Assembly (NCBI GenBank): GCA_016839815.1
Contig: JAEOTM010000041.1
Coordinates: 42,366 to 106,365 of the forward strand
DNA: 64,000 nt
From: Candidatus Hodarchaeota archaeon
GTDB taxonomy: Archaea; Asgardarchaeota; Heimdallarchaeia; Hodarchaeales; Hodarchaeaceae
Direction: 5' to 3'
This document shows, one piece after another, positions 1-10,135 of the stretch. The stretch's first letter is position 1. Every line of letters begins with the position of its first letter. The translations under genes were made by a program, and so were the position numbers. The notes under the pieces were generated by a model that made no database searches, was not told where the DNA came from, and saw only the letters and a program-made list of their open reading frames with translations.

Positions 1-2
1 AA

Positions 3-1937
3 AAAATTCCCCTTTCAGTAGAGGAACAGACTGAACCTTCTATTTCTGATGAACAAGTTCTTCATTTAGCAGACATAAGTAAAAAAATTGAAAATTCGTT
101 TGGCTCACCACAAGACATAGAATGGGTCTACAGCAGTGAAAATATACTTTATATTACTCAATCTCGGCCAATCACAACAACTCAATTAGCTATAAACCAG
201 AAGGATGCTACATTCTGGACTAGAGGATATGCTGATGATTACTGGAATGATCCTACGTCTCCATTATTTTTTGATCTTTTAGGAACTCAATTAAAATTAA
301 TTGTCAATACTGAATTAAATAGCATAATGGGTTATCCAAAGATCAGTGATGAGCTTCTATATTTACATCATAGTCATGTTTATTTCAATCTTGAGACTTT
401 AATGAGAAAAGTAGAGTATGAAATCCCTCCATTTATTCGAACAGATGATGTTTTGAATTATTTTCCTGAAGGATCAGGAGTTTATGGAAAAAAAACCGTG
501 CGTAAAATGCCTTTTCGGTTGGGTAAACGCATTATCTCTGAACTAAGAGTCATACTTCATGATAATGCAAATGGATCAATCCTAAATACAGCTAAAACTT
601 ATCAAAAATGGACAGAGGAAGAATTCTGGCCTTTCTGTAAAGAATTTGATAGCCTATTGTCAAAATATGTAAAAAAGGGAAAAATCACGACAATTATAGA
701 ATTAGGAGATACTCTTGAACATAAAATGGCATCACACTTTCGAATGGTCAGATATGGGATACCTGTCCACAATATTGGGATGAATCTACTTTCGACTTAC
801 CTCTTGACCCGTTTTATCGGAAAAGATCTCGCTAGAGGGTTATACCCGATTTTGATCTCAGGATTATGGCATAAAGCGTCCGAAACGAATGAACAAGTAC
901 AAAATCTCGCAGCAAAAGGTTTTTCGTATCCAAAATTACTACATCTCATTCAAAACAACGAATCTGTAAAGCTCTATTCAATTTTGAAAAATAATCATGA
1001 AGATGCCAGAGTTAAAGCATTCATAGATAGTCTGGAGGAGTTCTTACAACTATATGGAGATAGAGGTTTTGCACGAGAAATGTGTTATCCACGATGGAGA
1101 GAAGATCCTTCTTATGTGTTGGATCAAATAAAGGGCCTTGTAAATGATCAGAAGGTGGATACCAATATGCTAAAGACTCAAAGTATGAAACGACGACAAC
1201 GAGTAGAGGGTTTTGTAGCTTATAGGATACGATCAACTCGTTTTGGCTTTTTGAAGTATAAATTCTTTCATACGGTCCTAAACTTGGCTCGAAAATACAT
1301 AATTTTTCGAGAAAATCAGCGATACAATCTTGACAAGTGGATTACTAGGAATAGAAACTTGTATCTGGAAATTGGGAAGGATATGGTAGTTAAAGGATAT
1401 CTAAATGATCCCACAGATATCTTCTTTTTGTATAAGCGTGAAATACAGAAAATTCTATCCCATTCCATAAACATAAAACCTCAGAAGCTCTTGAGGATTA
1501 TCCAAAATAGAAAAGATGACTTTAAAAAGTATGAATTTGCCATACCACCTAAATTTTTACACGGATTACGTGAATTTGATGATCCTATCTCTAAATCGGA
1601 TAATAAATATATTTTTAAGGGTATTCCAGCAAGTCATGGGACTATTACTGCAAGAACTCTAATTCTTACGGATATTAGACAAGTCTCATCAGTGAAGGCA
1701 GGAGACATTCTTATTGTTCCGAAAACAGATCCTGGATGGACTCCTATATTTGCAAAAATTGGAGGATTAATTACAGAAACAGGGGGGATTCTTTCTCATG
1801 GAGCTGTTGTCAGTCGAGAGTATGGAATTCCGAGTGTTACCAACGTAATCAATGCTTGTACCATATTTAAGTCTGGTATGACTGTGAGGATAGACGGGAC
1901 GAAAGGCATTGTCAAAATTCTAAGTGATCCTGATTAG
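3..1937 (+). CDS. PEP-utilising dikinase, rifampicin-phosphotransferase-like architecture (5' partial)
   Basis: Frame is open from the window edge. Upstream of the track's Met it reads ...FGSPQDIEW...QSRPIT (end of PPDK ATP-grasp domain). C-terminal phospho-His swivel domain TDPGWT...GGILSHGAVVSREYGIP. No pyruvate-binding barrel. Confidence 0.85.
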   Translation, partial: KIPLSVEEQTEPSISDEQVLHLADISKKIENSFGSPQDIEWVYSSENILYITQSRPITTTQLAINQKDATFWTRGYADDYWNDPTSPLFFDLLGTQLKLIVNTELNSIMGYPKISDELLYLHHSHVYFNLETLMRKVEYEIPPFIRTDDVLNYFPEGSGVYGKKTVRKMPFRLGKRIISELRVILHDNANGSILNTAKTYQKWTEEEFWPFCKEFDSLLSKYVKKGKITTIIELGDTLEHKMASHFRMVRYGIPVHNIGMNLLSTYLLTRFIGKDLARGLYPILISGLWHKASETNEQVQNLAAKGFSYPKLLHLIQNNESVKLYSILKNNHEDARVKAFIDSLEEFLQLYGDRGFAREMCYPRWREDPSYVLDQIKGLVNDQKVDTNMLKTQSMKRRQRVEGFVAYRIRSTRFGFLKYKFFHTVLNLARKYIIFRENQRYNLDKWITRNRNLYLEIGKDMVVKGYLNDPTDIFFLYKREIQKILSHSINIKPQKLLRIIQNRKDDFKKYEFAIPPKFLHGLREFDDPISKSDNKYIFKGIPASHGTITARTLILTDIRQVSSVKAGDILIVPKTDPGWTPIFAKIGGLITETGGILSHGAVVSREYGIPSVTNVINACTIFKSGMTVRIDGTKGIVKILSDPD

Positions 1938-2056
1938 TCCCAATTACAAGTGTAGAAATAAATGAGTGATGGGTGGGATCTGTGAAGACTTTTGGGATTG
2001 ATGAGGGAACAAATTTTTCTGATACATATGAGATTGTATGATTCGGAGAAATTTCA

Positions 2057-3421
2057 ATGGATTCAGATGCGAACATTGTAATAATCGGTGCAGGAAGTGC
2101 CAGTTTTGGCTTAGATAATTTAAGCGGCATTATTGCTCATGAAGATCTACAAAATACAACCCTAAAGCTTGTAGATATTAATGAACAGAATTTAAACGCG
2201 ATAAAAGCCTTAGGAAAGGTTATGAAGCATAAATGGGACTCAAGCATTGAAATTCTATCCTATCTTGATAGAAAGCAAGCTCTTATCGATGCTGATTACG
2301 TAATACTATCGGTTGCTATTGACCGCGAAGAAACTTGGTTGAAGGATTTTCAAATTGCACAGAAATATGGTTATTACCATTATGCAGAAAATGGTCTGAT
2401 GGGATCCTTTGGACATACCGCAAGGGGATTAGCAATCATTATGCCAATTTTAAATGATATTCATGATCTAGCTCCTGATAGTTGGCTCATTAACTTTACC
2501 AATCCAGTCCCTAGAATTGGTTACGCAGCAGAATATGCTGGAATAAAATCTATTGGTTTATGTCATCAAATCTGGCATGGATATGGAATTCTTGGCATGT
2601 ATCTAGCTAATGACTTAGGAATCACAGAAAATCTTGACCTCGAAGTAAAATGGACAGATGAAAGCCAACAGAAATTTTCTAAGTTTGTGATAGAAGCAGC
2701 TGGAGAGTTCGATATAAAAGCAGCTGGCTTAAATCATTTTGCTTGGATGATGGATGTAAGAAGGCTAGATACCAATGAAGATGTCTATCCACTGGTTCGT
2801 CAAGAAGCAGAGAAAGTCCACCCAAATTTTGAACCTTTAACCAAACACATATACGATATTTTTGGATTATTACCCATTGTAGGGGATTGTCATCTTATTG
2901 AATATCTACCGTATACTTTTTCAAAAGAAAATTGGGAGATGTATCGTATTCAGCTATATGATTTTGAGAGGGGTAAGAAATCACGAGAACAAATGTGGAA
3001 TCGGATAAATGATATTATTTCAGGGAAAAGAGAACTAGATATCCAGCCTAATCCTACAGAAAGAGCAGATGCTATTATTGGAGAGATACTTACCAATTCA
3101 AATACTTATGAACAATCAGTTAATATAGTAAATAGAGGTACCATCTCAAATCTCCCCGATGATGCCATTGTAGAAGCTCCAGCACTAGTTAACTCCTATG
3201 GAATCACAGGAATGAAAATGGGAAAATTACCAGAAGCAATTGCAGCTCTTTGTCAACGTGAAATATCAATTGCTAAATTGATAACCAAAAGTTCAATTTT
3301 AGGAGATAGAGAAGCGGCACTCCAAGCGTTTGCATTAATGCTTCCTGATTTGTCATTAGCTGAACAGATGCTCGATGATTATCTGGTAACCCATAAAAAA
3401 TATCTCCCCCAATTCTCATGA
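2057..3421 (+). CDS. Glycoside hydrolase family 4 (NAD/Mn-dependent alpha-galactosidase-like)
   Basis: IIGAGSASF Rossmann motif, NFTNP, GLCH, GLNH, NLPDDAIVE. Confidence 0.9.
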   Translation: MDSDANIVIIGAGSASFGLDNLSGIIAHEDLQNTTLKLVDINEQNLNAIKALGKVMKHKWDSSIEILSYLDRKQALIDADYVILSVAIDREETWLKDFQIAQKYGYYHYAENGLMGSFGHTARGLAIIMPILNDIHDLAPDSWLINFTNPVPRIGYAAEYAGIKSIGLCHQIWHGYGILGMYLANDLGITENLDLEVKWTDESQQKFSKFVIEAAGEFDIKAAGLNHFAWMMDVRRLDTNEDVYPLVRQEAEKVHPNFEPLTKHIYDIFGLLPIVGDCHLIEYLPYTFSKENWEMYRIQLYDFERGKKSREQMWNRINDIISGKRELDIQPNPTERADAIIGEILTNSNTYEQSVNIVNRGTISNLPDDAIVEAPALVNSYGITGMKMGKLPEAIAALCQREISIAKLITKSSILGDREAALQAFALMLPDLSLAEQMLDDYLVTHKKYLPQFS

Positions 3422-3432
3422 TGGCATATTGA

Positions 3433-3780
3433 TTAAGCTGGTTCCCAAACGAATCCAGAAATTGCCCGATTATCAATGGTTCGTACTTCTTTCCATGTAG
3501 CAACAAGATTCATGCCAATCCGAAGAGATTCGAGGTTATCTACCGCAAGCTGACCTGTGTATCGAACCTCACCAAGATCAACTATTCCCAAAAACAACGA
3601 ACGAGTACTTATTCCAGTTGGGGGTGCTTTCAATTGCGTAAATGTAACCAATGTTCCTTGTTTTGATAGGGGTACTTCGTCAAACTCGCGATGTTTGCAT
3701 TGTAGACATCGACCATGACGTGGATAATGCATTTTTCCACAATTAAGACATTTAAATCCAGTAGGTATACGTTCAGACAT
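3433..3780 (-). CDS. DUF35 Zn-ribbon/OB-fold protein (thiolase partner)
   Basis: CLNCG...YPRHGRCLQC then GTLVTFT OB fold; directly downstream of thiolase; start moved to MSERIP. Confidence 0.9.
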   Translation of the reverse strand: MSERIPTGFKCLNCGKMHYPRHGRCLQCKHREFDEVPLSKQGTLVTFTQLKAPPTGISTRSLFLGIVDLGEVRYTGQLAVDNLESLRIGMNLVATWKEVRTIDNRAISGFVWEPA

Positions 3781-3787
3781 TTTTATT

Positions 3788-4975
3788 TTACTCCTCAAGA
3801 CGAGATAAGATCGTCGACACTACATTATTCCCAAATCCACCGAAATTTACAGCATATCCATGGGTCGGGTTATTAGGAACTTGCCTTTCTCCTGCTTCTC
3901 CTCGTAATTGCCATACCAATTCACATATTTGAGCTACTCCCGTAGCTCCTACAGGATGACCGCGTGCTTTTAATCCTCCCGAAGTATTTACTGGAAATTT
4001 TCCTGAAAGCTCTGTTTCTCCTTCACGAATGGCCAAATGGGCCTTACCACGTTCGTAAAATCCTGCAGATTCTAATTCGGCTAATTCCAGAATCTCAAAT
4101 GCATCATGAATTTCTGCAAAATCAATATCTGCATGAGATAATCCAGCCATGGTGAATGCTTGATCTGAAGCAAGTTTTACTGCTTTCAAAAAAGTAGGAT
4201 CCTCTCGTTCATGCACAGCCATTGTATCCATCGCCTGTCCTGTACCAGCAAATTTGATTAGAGGCCTCCTTTGAATTTCTCGAGCTTTTTCCATTGAACA
4301 CATAATAAGTGCTGCAGCACCATCGGTCACAGGACACATATCATAGAGATGAAGTGGATCAGCGATCATTGGATTGTTAAGACTCGCTTCTCTACTTGTT
4401 AAAATTCCCTCCATGGTTATATTTTGCTGGATATGGGCATGTGGATTCTTTAAGCCATTTTGGTGATTTTTAATGGCCACTCTTGCAAGATCTTCTGATG
4501 TCACTCCATATTTTTCGAAATATAATCTTGCTAGTAATGCTCCTAGACTTGGAAAAGTAATACCATAGATATATTCTGCTTCTGGATGTGCCATGGTAGC
4601 TACAAAGTCTGTAACTACCGGTCCTGGAGCTACTCGCATTTTTTCTCCACCTGTAATCATCACTACATCATGTAGGCCTGAAGCAATGGCCATGTAGCCA
4701 ATGCGTGCAGCTGTTGCTCCAGAAGCAGGCCCATTTTCAATAGAAGCTCCGACAGCTGGAAAAAGGTTGAGATAATCAATCAAGGCAGAGCCTAAAGCCG
4801 TCTGATTATTAATCCTTCCTGCTCCCATATTTGCTACGAAGACTGCATCAATCTCATCAGTTCCCGCATCATCAATTGCTGATAGAGAGGCTTCAGCCAT
4901 CATCTCAATGAGAGAACCGCTGTATTTTCCCCAGCGACTTCCCATTCCAACGCCAATAATGGCAACGTCACGCAT
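3788..4975 (-). CDS. SCP-x/archaeal-type thiolase-superfamily protein lacking the nucleophilic Cys
   Basis: MRDVAIIGVG, EIHDAF, VNTSGGLKARGHPVGATG; ENGPASG where active thiolases read ENACASG. Confidence 0.85.
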   Translation of the reverse strand: MRDVAIIGVGMGSRWGKYSGSLIEMMAEASLSAIDDAGTDEIDAVFVANMGAGRINNQTALGSALIDYLNLFPAVGASIENGPASGATAARIGYMAIASGLHDVVMITGGEKMRVAPGPVVTDFVATMAHPEAEYIYGITFPSLGALLARLYFEKYGVTSEDLARVAIKNHQNGLKNPHAHIQQNITMEGILTSREASLNNPMIADPLHLYDMCPVTDGAAALIMCSMEKAREIQRRPLIKFAGTGQAMDTMAVHEREDPTFLKAVKLASDQAFTMAGLSHADIDFAEIHDAFEILELAELESAGFYERGKAHLAIREGETELSGKFPVNTSGGLKARGHPVGATGVAQICELVWQLRGEAGERQVPNNPTHGYAVNFGGFGNNVVSTILSRLEE

Positions 4976-5704
4976 TTAAAGTCCCTTCAGAAATTCTTCC
5001 TTTGATATTCCAGTGATCTGGTAAGTAACATCCTTAGGTAATAGAATATTCTCTGTAACAGTTTTCAGGTATTCTTCAGGTACTGGTCGATTTTCTGTGC
5101 CAAAACAGCGTTCAGGTTTGACGTATGATTCCCAATTCTTTCTAGTGAGGACATAAGAAGGTACTCCTCCTATTGGATGCTCAAACTCGAAGTTTTCCTC
5201 CAACCGTAATTCTTCCATCCATCTACGAAATCCAATATGGGACTCAGCAACGATCTTTACTTCATCATTCTGGAGATAATCCAGGTGATGCTCCATCTTA
5301 GCGACAAATAAATGAGCTCCTACACGCAATCCTCTTTTAAAGGTCATTGTGTGATAAGAAATACCGATCTTAGGATTATTAAAACTTAAATACCCATTTA
5401 CTAGTCCTAGTACTTCTCCCGTTTCATGAACTTGTCCCAAGAGGACATATTCATCCTGTACACGATATTGTACATAGGCTAACAATTCGCCTAGAATTCT
5501 TGCTCCTACAAGATCATAAAAGTCGTTATTAATCTTGACAATATCATAAAAGAGTGGAATGACTTTTTTGGTCTCTTCTCTTGTAATCTGACGAACAACC
5601 ATCTTCGAGCCATCAACAAGATTGATGAATTTAGCTGGATAGGGATTATTTTCTGGATTTATTTTATTCGGCTTTGGCCTTAGAATATCTTCATCTGCTG
5701 ACAT
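4976..5704 (-). CDS. Putative GNAT-fold N-acyltransferase
   Basis: Beta-strand pattern followed by KRGLRVGAHLF (acyl-CoA binding motif A-like); stop codon abuts thiolase ATG; start moved to MSADED. Confidence 0.5.
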   Translation of the reverse strand: MSADEDILRPKPNKINPENNPYPAKFINLVDGSKMVVRQITREETKKVIPLFYDIVKINNDFYDLVGARILGELLAYVQYRVQDEYVLLGQVHETGEVLGLVNGYLSFNNPKIGISYHTMTFKRGLRVGAHLFVAKMEHHLDYLQNDEVKIVAESHIGFRRWMEELRLEENFEFEHPIGGVPSYVLTRKNWESYVKPERCFGTENRPVPEEYLKTVTENILLPKDVTYQITGISKEEFLKGL

Positions 5705-5886
5705 TTGTAACAACTCAATATTGCATTTGAATTTCAATGTGAAATTTGATTCGGTAACTAAGAGGTCTGATTGTAGATTAAAAATCCTTTCTTGCAAATA
5801 AAAATATAGTAGTCTGTTTAGAATTCTGGTAAATGACGCTTTGGGTAAATTCCGCAAATATCTGGGTTTTTAGAGGAGAACTACAA

Positions 5887-7164
5887 TTGACTATACACTT
5901 TACATTAGATGAACAGTGTGCCTTAAAACTGGATTCAGAGGATCCTCTTGCAGAGTATCGACACCAATTTTATATACCACCAAACATTATCTATTTAGAT
6001 GGTAACTCCTTAGGGTTGTTTTCGAAAGAAGCTGAACAATCTCTAGCTAGAGTAATTGATGAATGGAAACAATTAGCAATCCTCGGATGGTTTAAACCGA
6101 AGAAATCCTGGTTCTATTTTGGAGAAGATCTTGGAGCTTTGGCCTCATCACTAGTTGGAGCAGAACCTAATGAAGTGGTTGCCACAGGGACGACCACAAT
6201 TAATCTTCACTCCTTAGTAAGTACTTTTTATCATCCAGAGGAAGGAAAACGTTCTAAGATTATTGCAGATGAGTTAGATTTTCCCACAGATATTTATGCA
6301 TTGAAAAGTCAAATTAAACTCAAAAACTTAAATCCTGAGGAACATCTCATACTTGTTCCCAGTGATGATGGACGTACTATTGACGAAAAAAAAATCGTTG
6401 AATATATGAATGACGATGTAGCACTAATTCTTTTACCTTCGGTTTTATATAGAAGTGGTCAGCTATTCGATATGGAATTTTTAACCAAAGAAGCAAATGA
6501 CCAGAATATTCCTATTGGATGGGATTGTAGCCATTCTGTTGGTGTTGTGCCTCATAAATTTAACGAATGGGGTGTAGATTTTGCCTTCTGGTGTAGTTAT
6601 AAATATTTAAATTCTGGTCCCGGTGGAACTGCATTTCTTTACCTTAATAAAAAGCATTTTGAGAAAGAGCCAGGATTAGCAGGTTGGTTTGGTTATGAAA
6701 AGGATAAACAATTTGACATGTCGTTAGACTTCGTTCATGCTAAATCTGCAGGAGGATGGCAAATATCGAGCTCAAATATTCTATGTTCAGCTCCAATTGA
6801 AGGGGCGTTAAACCTTACACTTAAGGCAGGAATTCAAAATATTCGGCATAAATCACTACAACAGACAAATTACCTGATTTATCTAGTAGACTCCATTCTT
6901 TCAGATGATCCGTATAATTTTCGTGTAGGTACACCTAGAATTCCTGAAAAAAGATCAGGCCACATAGCTGTCGAGCACGATACTGAAGCTAGGCGTATTA
7001 CCGATTGTTTGCGAATCAAGTACAATGTTATTAGTGATTTCCGTCCTCCTAATGTTATAAGACTTGCACCTATTGCGTTATATAATACCTATCACGAGAT
7101 TTGGTTGGTTGTTCAGGATCTGAAGAAAATAATTGATGAAAAAGAATATGAAAAAATCGATTAA
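5887..7164 (+). CDS. kynU: Kynureninase
   Basis: IYLDGNSLG, FPTDIYA, WDCSHSVG, WCSYKYLNSGPG (PLP Lys), DFRPPNVIRLAP; TTG start after AGGAG. Confidence 0.95.
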   Translation: MTIHFTLDEQCALKLDSEDPLAEYRHQFYIPPNIIYLDGNSLGLFSKEAEQSLARVIDEWKQLAILGWFKPKKSWFYFGEDLGALASSLVGAEPNEVVATGTTTINLHSLVSTFYHPEEGKRSKIIADELDFPTDIYALKSQIKLKNLNPEEHLILVPSDDGRTIDEKKIVEYMNDDVALILLPSVLYRSGQLFDMEFLTKEANDQNIPIGWDCSHSVGVVPHKFNEWGVDFAFWCSYKYLNSGPGGTAFLYLNKKHFEKEPGLAGWFGYEKDKQFDMSLDFVHAKSAGGWQISSSNILCSAPIEGALNLTLKAGIQNIRHKSLQQTNYLIYLVDSILSDDPYNFRVGTPRIPEKRSGHIAVEHDTEARRITDCLRIKYNVISDFRPPNVIRLAPIALYNTYHEIWLVVQDLKKIIDEKEYEKID

Positions 7165-7205
7165 TCTGGAATACAACCAATCTCAAATCCAAAAATCAAA
7201 ACAGG

Positions 7206-8468
7206 ATGAATAAAATGAGTCTAGGAATCATAAATGCTCGTACAAGGGAAGGAAATTTAGTTAATATTGCAATTCAGGAAGGATTAGTTACAGATATCGT
7301 TAATATCGATGAAAAATCTTTTTCCGAGAATGATTTTGATCAAATAATCGATGCAAAGGATTCTCTAGTAACAGAAAGCTTTATTTCACCTCATATCCAT
7401 CTAGATAAAGTACTTATCGGAGATATTATTGAACCAAATCAATCTGGTACCTTGTGGGAAGCTATCCAAAAAACGTGGGAAGTTAAGAGAAATTATACAG
7501 TAGAAAACATTAAACAACGAGCTACAGATGTAATTAATAATCAAATTAAATTTGGAGTAACTAAAATTCGTACCCATGTGGATGTTGATTCAATTGGTAG
7601 TCTTATGCCATTAAAAGGATTATTGGCGACCAAGGACGAATTTAAAAATGTTATTGATCTGCAAATCGTCGCGTTCCCTCAAGAAGGTATATTAAAAGAT
7701 GAAGGAACCGAAGAATTATTGGAAAAGGCGCTCGAAACGGGAGGAAAAGACATGATTCTGGGAGGTATGCCTCATAATGAATTCAATGGTAAGAATTCCA
7801 AAAAACATGTCAATATTTTATTATCTATGGCTAAAAAGTATAACGTTCCCATAGACAGTCATACAGATGAAACAGATGACCCTACTTCCCGTACTCTTCA
7901 ATATCTAGCTTCAAGAGCAATCGAGGAAAAGTTTGAGAAAAGCATAACGGTTGATCATATTTGTGCATTATCAGCATATGATGATTATCATGCAGCTCGA
8001 GTGATTGATCTGGTTAAAAGGGCAGGAATTAATGTTGTCACGAATCCTCCCACGAATATGGTACTTCAAGGACGATTAGATACAGGTGCGCAAAGGGTTG
8101 GGATTACTAGAGTAAAGGAACTATTAGCTGCAGGCGTAAATGTGACTATAGGCCAAGATTGTGTTCATGATCCATATTATCCTTTTGGTAAAGGGGATAT
8201 GTTAGAAGTTGCTAATTTACTGGGTCATGCCGCCAAAATGACCACATTTTCTGATATCAATACTCTTTATGACACCATAACAAAGAATGCAGCGCAAACC
8301 ATGGATATTGATCACCAATTCAAGAAAGGAAAACCTGCAGATATGGTGATCCTATACGGTGTCAAGAATGTCCATGAGGCAATTCGAACAACACCACCAG
8401 CTAGAACCACAATCAGGAATGGTAAAATTATATCTCAAACAGAATACGATTATCATCGCTTTTATTAA
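7206..8468 (+). CDS. Cytosine/creatinine deaminase-like amidohydrolase (CodA family)
   Basis: PHIHLDK, IRTHVDVD, QIVAFPQEG, DSHTDETDD, GQDCVHDPYYPFG. Confidence 0.9.
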   Translation: MNKMSLGIINARTREGNLVNIAIQEGLVTDIVNIDEKSFSENDFDQIIDAKDSLVTESFISPHIHLDKVLIGDIIEPNQSGTLWEAIQKTWEVKRNYTVENIKQRATDVINNQIKFGVTKIRTHVDVDSIGSLMPLKGLLATKDEFKNVIDLQIVAFPQEGILKDEGTEELLEKALETGGKDMILGGMPHNEFNGKNSKKHVNILLSMAKKYNVPIDSHTDETDDPTSRTLQYLASRAIEEKFEKSITVDHICALSAYDDYHAARVIDLVKRAGINVVTNPPTNMVLQGRLDTGAQRVGITRVKELLAAGVNVTIGQDCVHDPYYPFGKGDMLEVANLLGHAAKMTTFSDINTLYDTITKNAAQTMDIDHQFKKGKPADMVILYGVKNVHEAIRTTPPARTTIRNGKIISQTEYDYHRFY

Positions 8469-8478
8469 TTTCAGAGTT

Positions 8479-8970
8479 TTATAAAGTTAAAATAAACAAA
8501 ACTAGCCATCCAAAATAAATAAAAAGTTCTAGAAGTATCGCAATTTGTGAATGGGTATAATTTGGAAGTCGTTTAAACAAAACACTACGAATTTTATCTG
8601 CAATTGGATGTAAATAATACTTTCTACCCCATTCAGGTTGGGATGTTCGTCTTGCGTAATTTCTCAGAAAATACCAGTCCCAGATGTCTACAAAGTTGGC
8701 CGCAAGCATCCCAATCCAGTAGTCTTGGAAATAAATTACTATGAGTAGAAAACCAAATGCAAAGACGAATATATGCCAGGATAACCAAAATCTTCCTGTT
8801 TGTCGAGAAGTAGGATGATAGGTGATCTTTGCAAAAGCATCAATAAAAAAGTGAGAGATGACACAGAAAGTAATTATTAAACAAAGATTCAACCATAATG
8901 GGAGAGGGATAAACACCATCACTAGATATTGAATGAAAATACCAGCTAAGACATGTGTAGGTAATTGCAT
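8479..8970 (-). CDS. Membrane protein, possible metal-dependent hydrolase (YdjM-like)
   Basis: Hydrophobic helices with THVLAG and SHFFIDAF motifs. Confidence 0.5.
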   Translation of the reverse strand: MQLPTHVLAGIFIQYLVMVFIPLPLWLNLCLIITFCVISHFFIDAFAKITYHPTSRQTGRFWLSWHIFVFAFGFLLIVIYFQDYWIGMLAANFVDIWDWYFLRNYARRTSQPEWGRKYYLHPIADKIRSVLFKRLPNYTHSQIAILLELFIYFGWLVLFILTL

Positions 8971-9100
8971 CTTCTTGATACTCTGTGAATGGTGCTTCGG
9001 TATGAATTGGAGATATTTCACGTATGTTATGATGATTTTGGATCGACTAGCAATAAACAGAAATTCCTTAAACTACTGACTCTTAATATTTAATGAATGA

Positions 9101-9559
9101 ATGATGGAATTTAAGATTGATTTTCTATTTGAAGACGCGGAAGAAGAAATTAAATCCTTTTTTAAACGAGAATGGCTTTCAGCGAACATACTACACTTCG
9201 GTAGGGATATTTCTGAAGAAATCAATAAACCTCTAACAGTTGTAGTGCGTAGTGACTCTTCTCCTCCACAACTAGTAGCAGCTGCACGATGCATCATAAT
9301 GGGGAATACCCTTCGTGTCTCACAGCTACTTGTCAAGGAAGATTTACGGAAATCACATGGTGTAGGGAGTTTTATACTAAAACAACTTGAAGAACTCGCC
9401 AGACACAAGAAATGGCACAAGATTCGTCTTAGCACTAGTAAAAAGCACCAAAATATTGAATTTTATAAAAAAAATGGGTATACTGTCGAAGCTAAACTTG
9501 AAAATGATGCATTTCAAACCACCTGGTATATCCTATCGAAATTTATAGTGAAAGAGTGA
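9101..9559 (+). CDS. GNAT family acetyltransferase
   Basis: LLVKEDLRKSHGVGSFIL, NIEFYKKNGY. Confidence 0.85.
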   Translation: MMEFKIDFLFEDAEEEIKSFFKREWLSANILHFGRDISEEINKPLTVVVRSDSSPPQLVAAARCIIMGNTLRVSQLLVKEDLRKSHGVGSFILKQLEELARHKKWHKIRLSTSKKHQNIEFYKKNGYTVEAKLENDAFQTTWYILSKFIVKE

Positions 9560-9577
9560 ACTAAACGTTTTCTTAGA

Positions 9578-10135
9578 TCACAAGCGTCTTCGTACTATTG
9601 AAAAAATTGCCCCTCCAAACCAAAATAAGACTGTAGCAATAATCAGGGAAAATTTTATTGTGGCACAAATTGAAGCCACAAATGGGGCGAATTGTGGGTA
9701 ATTTGAAGGAGAAGTAAGGATAAATAATAAATTGACATTTTCTATAGCATCAAACAAGGCTGCTAAAAATGGAATCAAGGTAAAATAGTATCCGATGTTT
9801 GTCAGCGATGTAAACACACCTGATTTTGTCAGTAATATAGTTACTCCTGCTAGGGCAAGGGAATAAAATATGAGAAATCCAAAATCAAGTAACACCGCAT
9901 TCACTTCCTTGGTTATTAATTCATCTTCCCAAGAGGACAATATTCCTTCCATCCGTTCAACATTCCACGCAAATTCTAGATCTATTACTCCATATGCGGT
10001 CTGTGAAGTTAATTCCATTTCGATAGGTCTCATTAAAAAATAGAAAATTACAGTGAAGACTAACGAAAGTAGAGTTACTAAAAATAATATTCTGGTCTCA
10101 GAGTATTCTTTTAATTTGTCTATTAAGGAAATCAT
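9578..10135 (-). CDS. Hypothetical 4-TM membrane protein
   Basis: Four hydrophobic segments; LEFAW, LDFGF, AALFDAIEN. Confidence 0.7.
   Translation of the reverse strand: MISLIDKLKEYSETRILFLVTLLSLVFTVIFYFLMRPIEMELTSQTAYGVIDLEFAWNVERMEGILSSWEDELITKEVNAVLLDFGFLIFYSLALAGVTILLTKSGVFTSLTNIGYYFTLIPFLAALFDAIENVNLLFILTSPSNYPQFAPFVASICATIKFSLIIATVLFWFGGAIFSIVRRRL

Noticed and set aside
5705-5886. Apparent head-to-head overlap of the GNAT-like and kynureninase ORFs
   Set aside because: Artefact of longest-ORF starts; better starts at 5704 and 5887 leave a normal divergent promoter region
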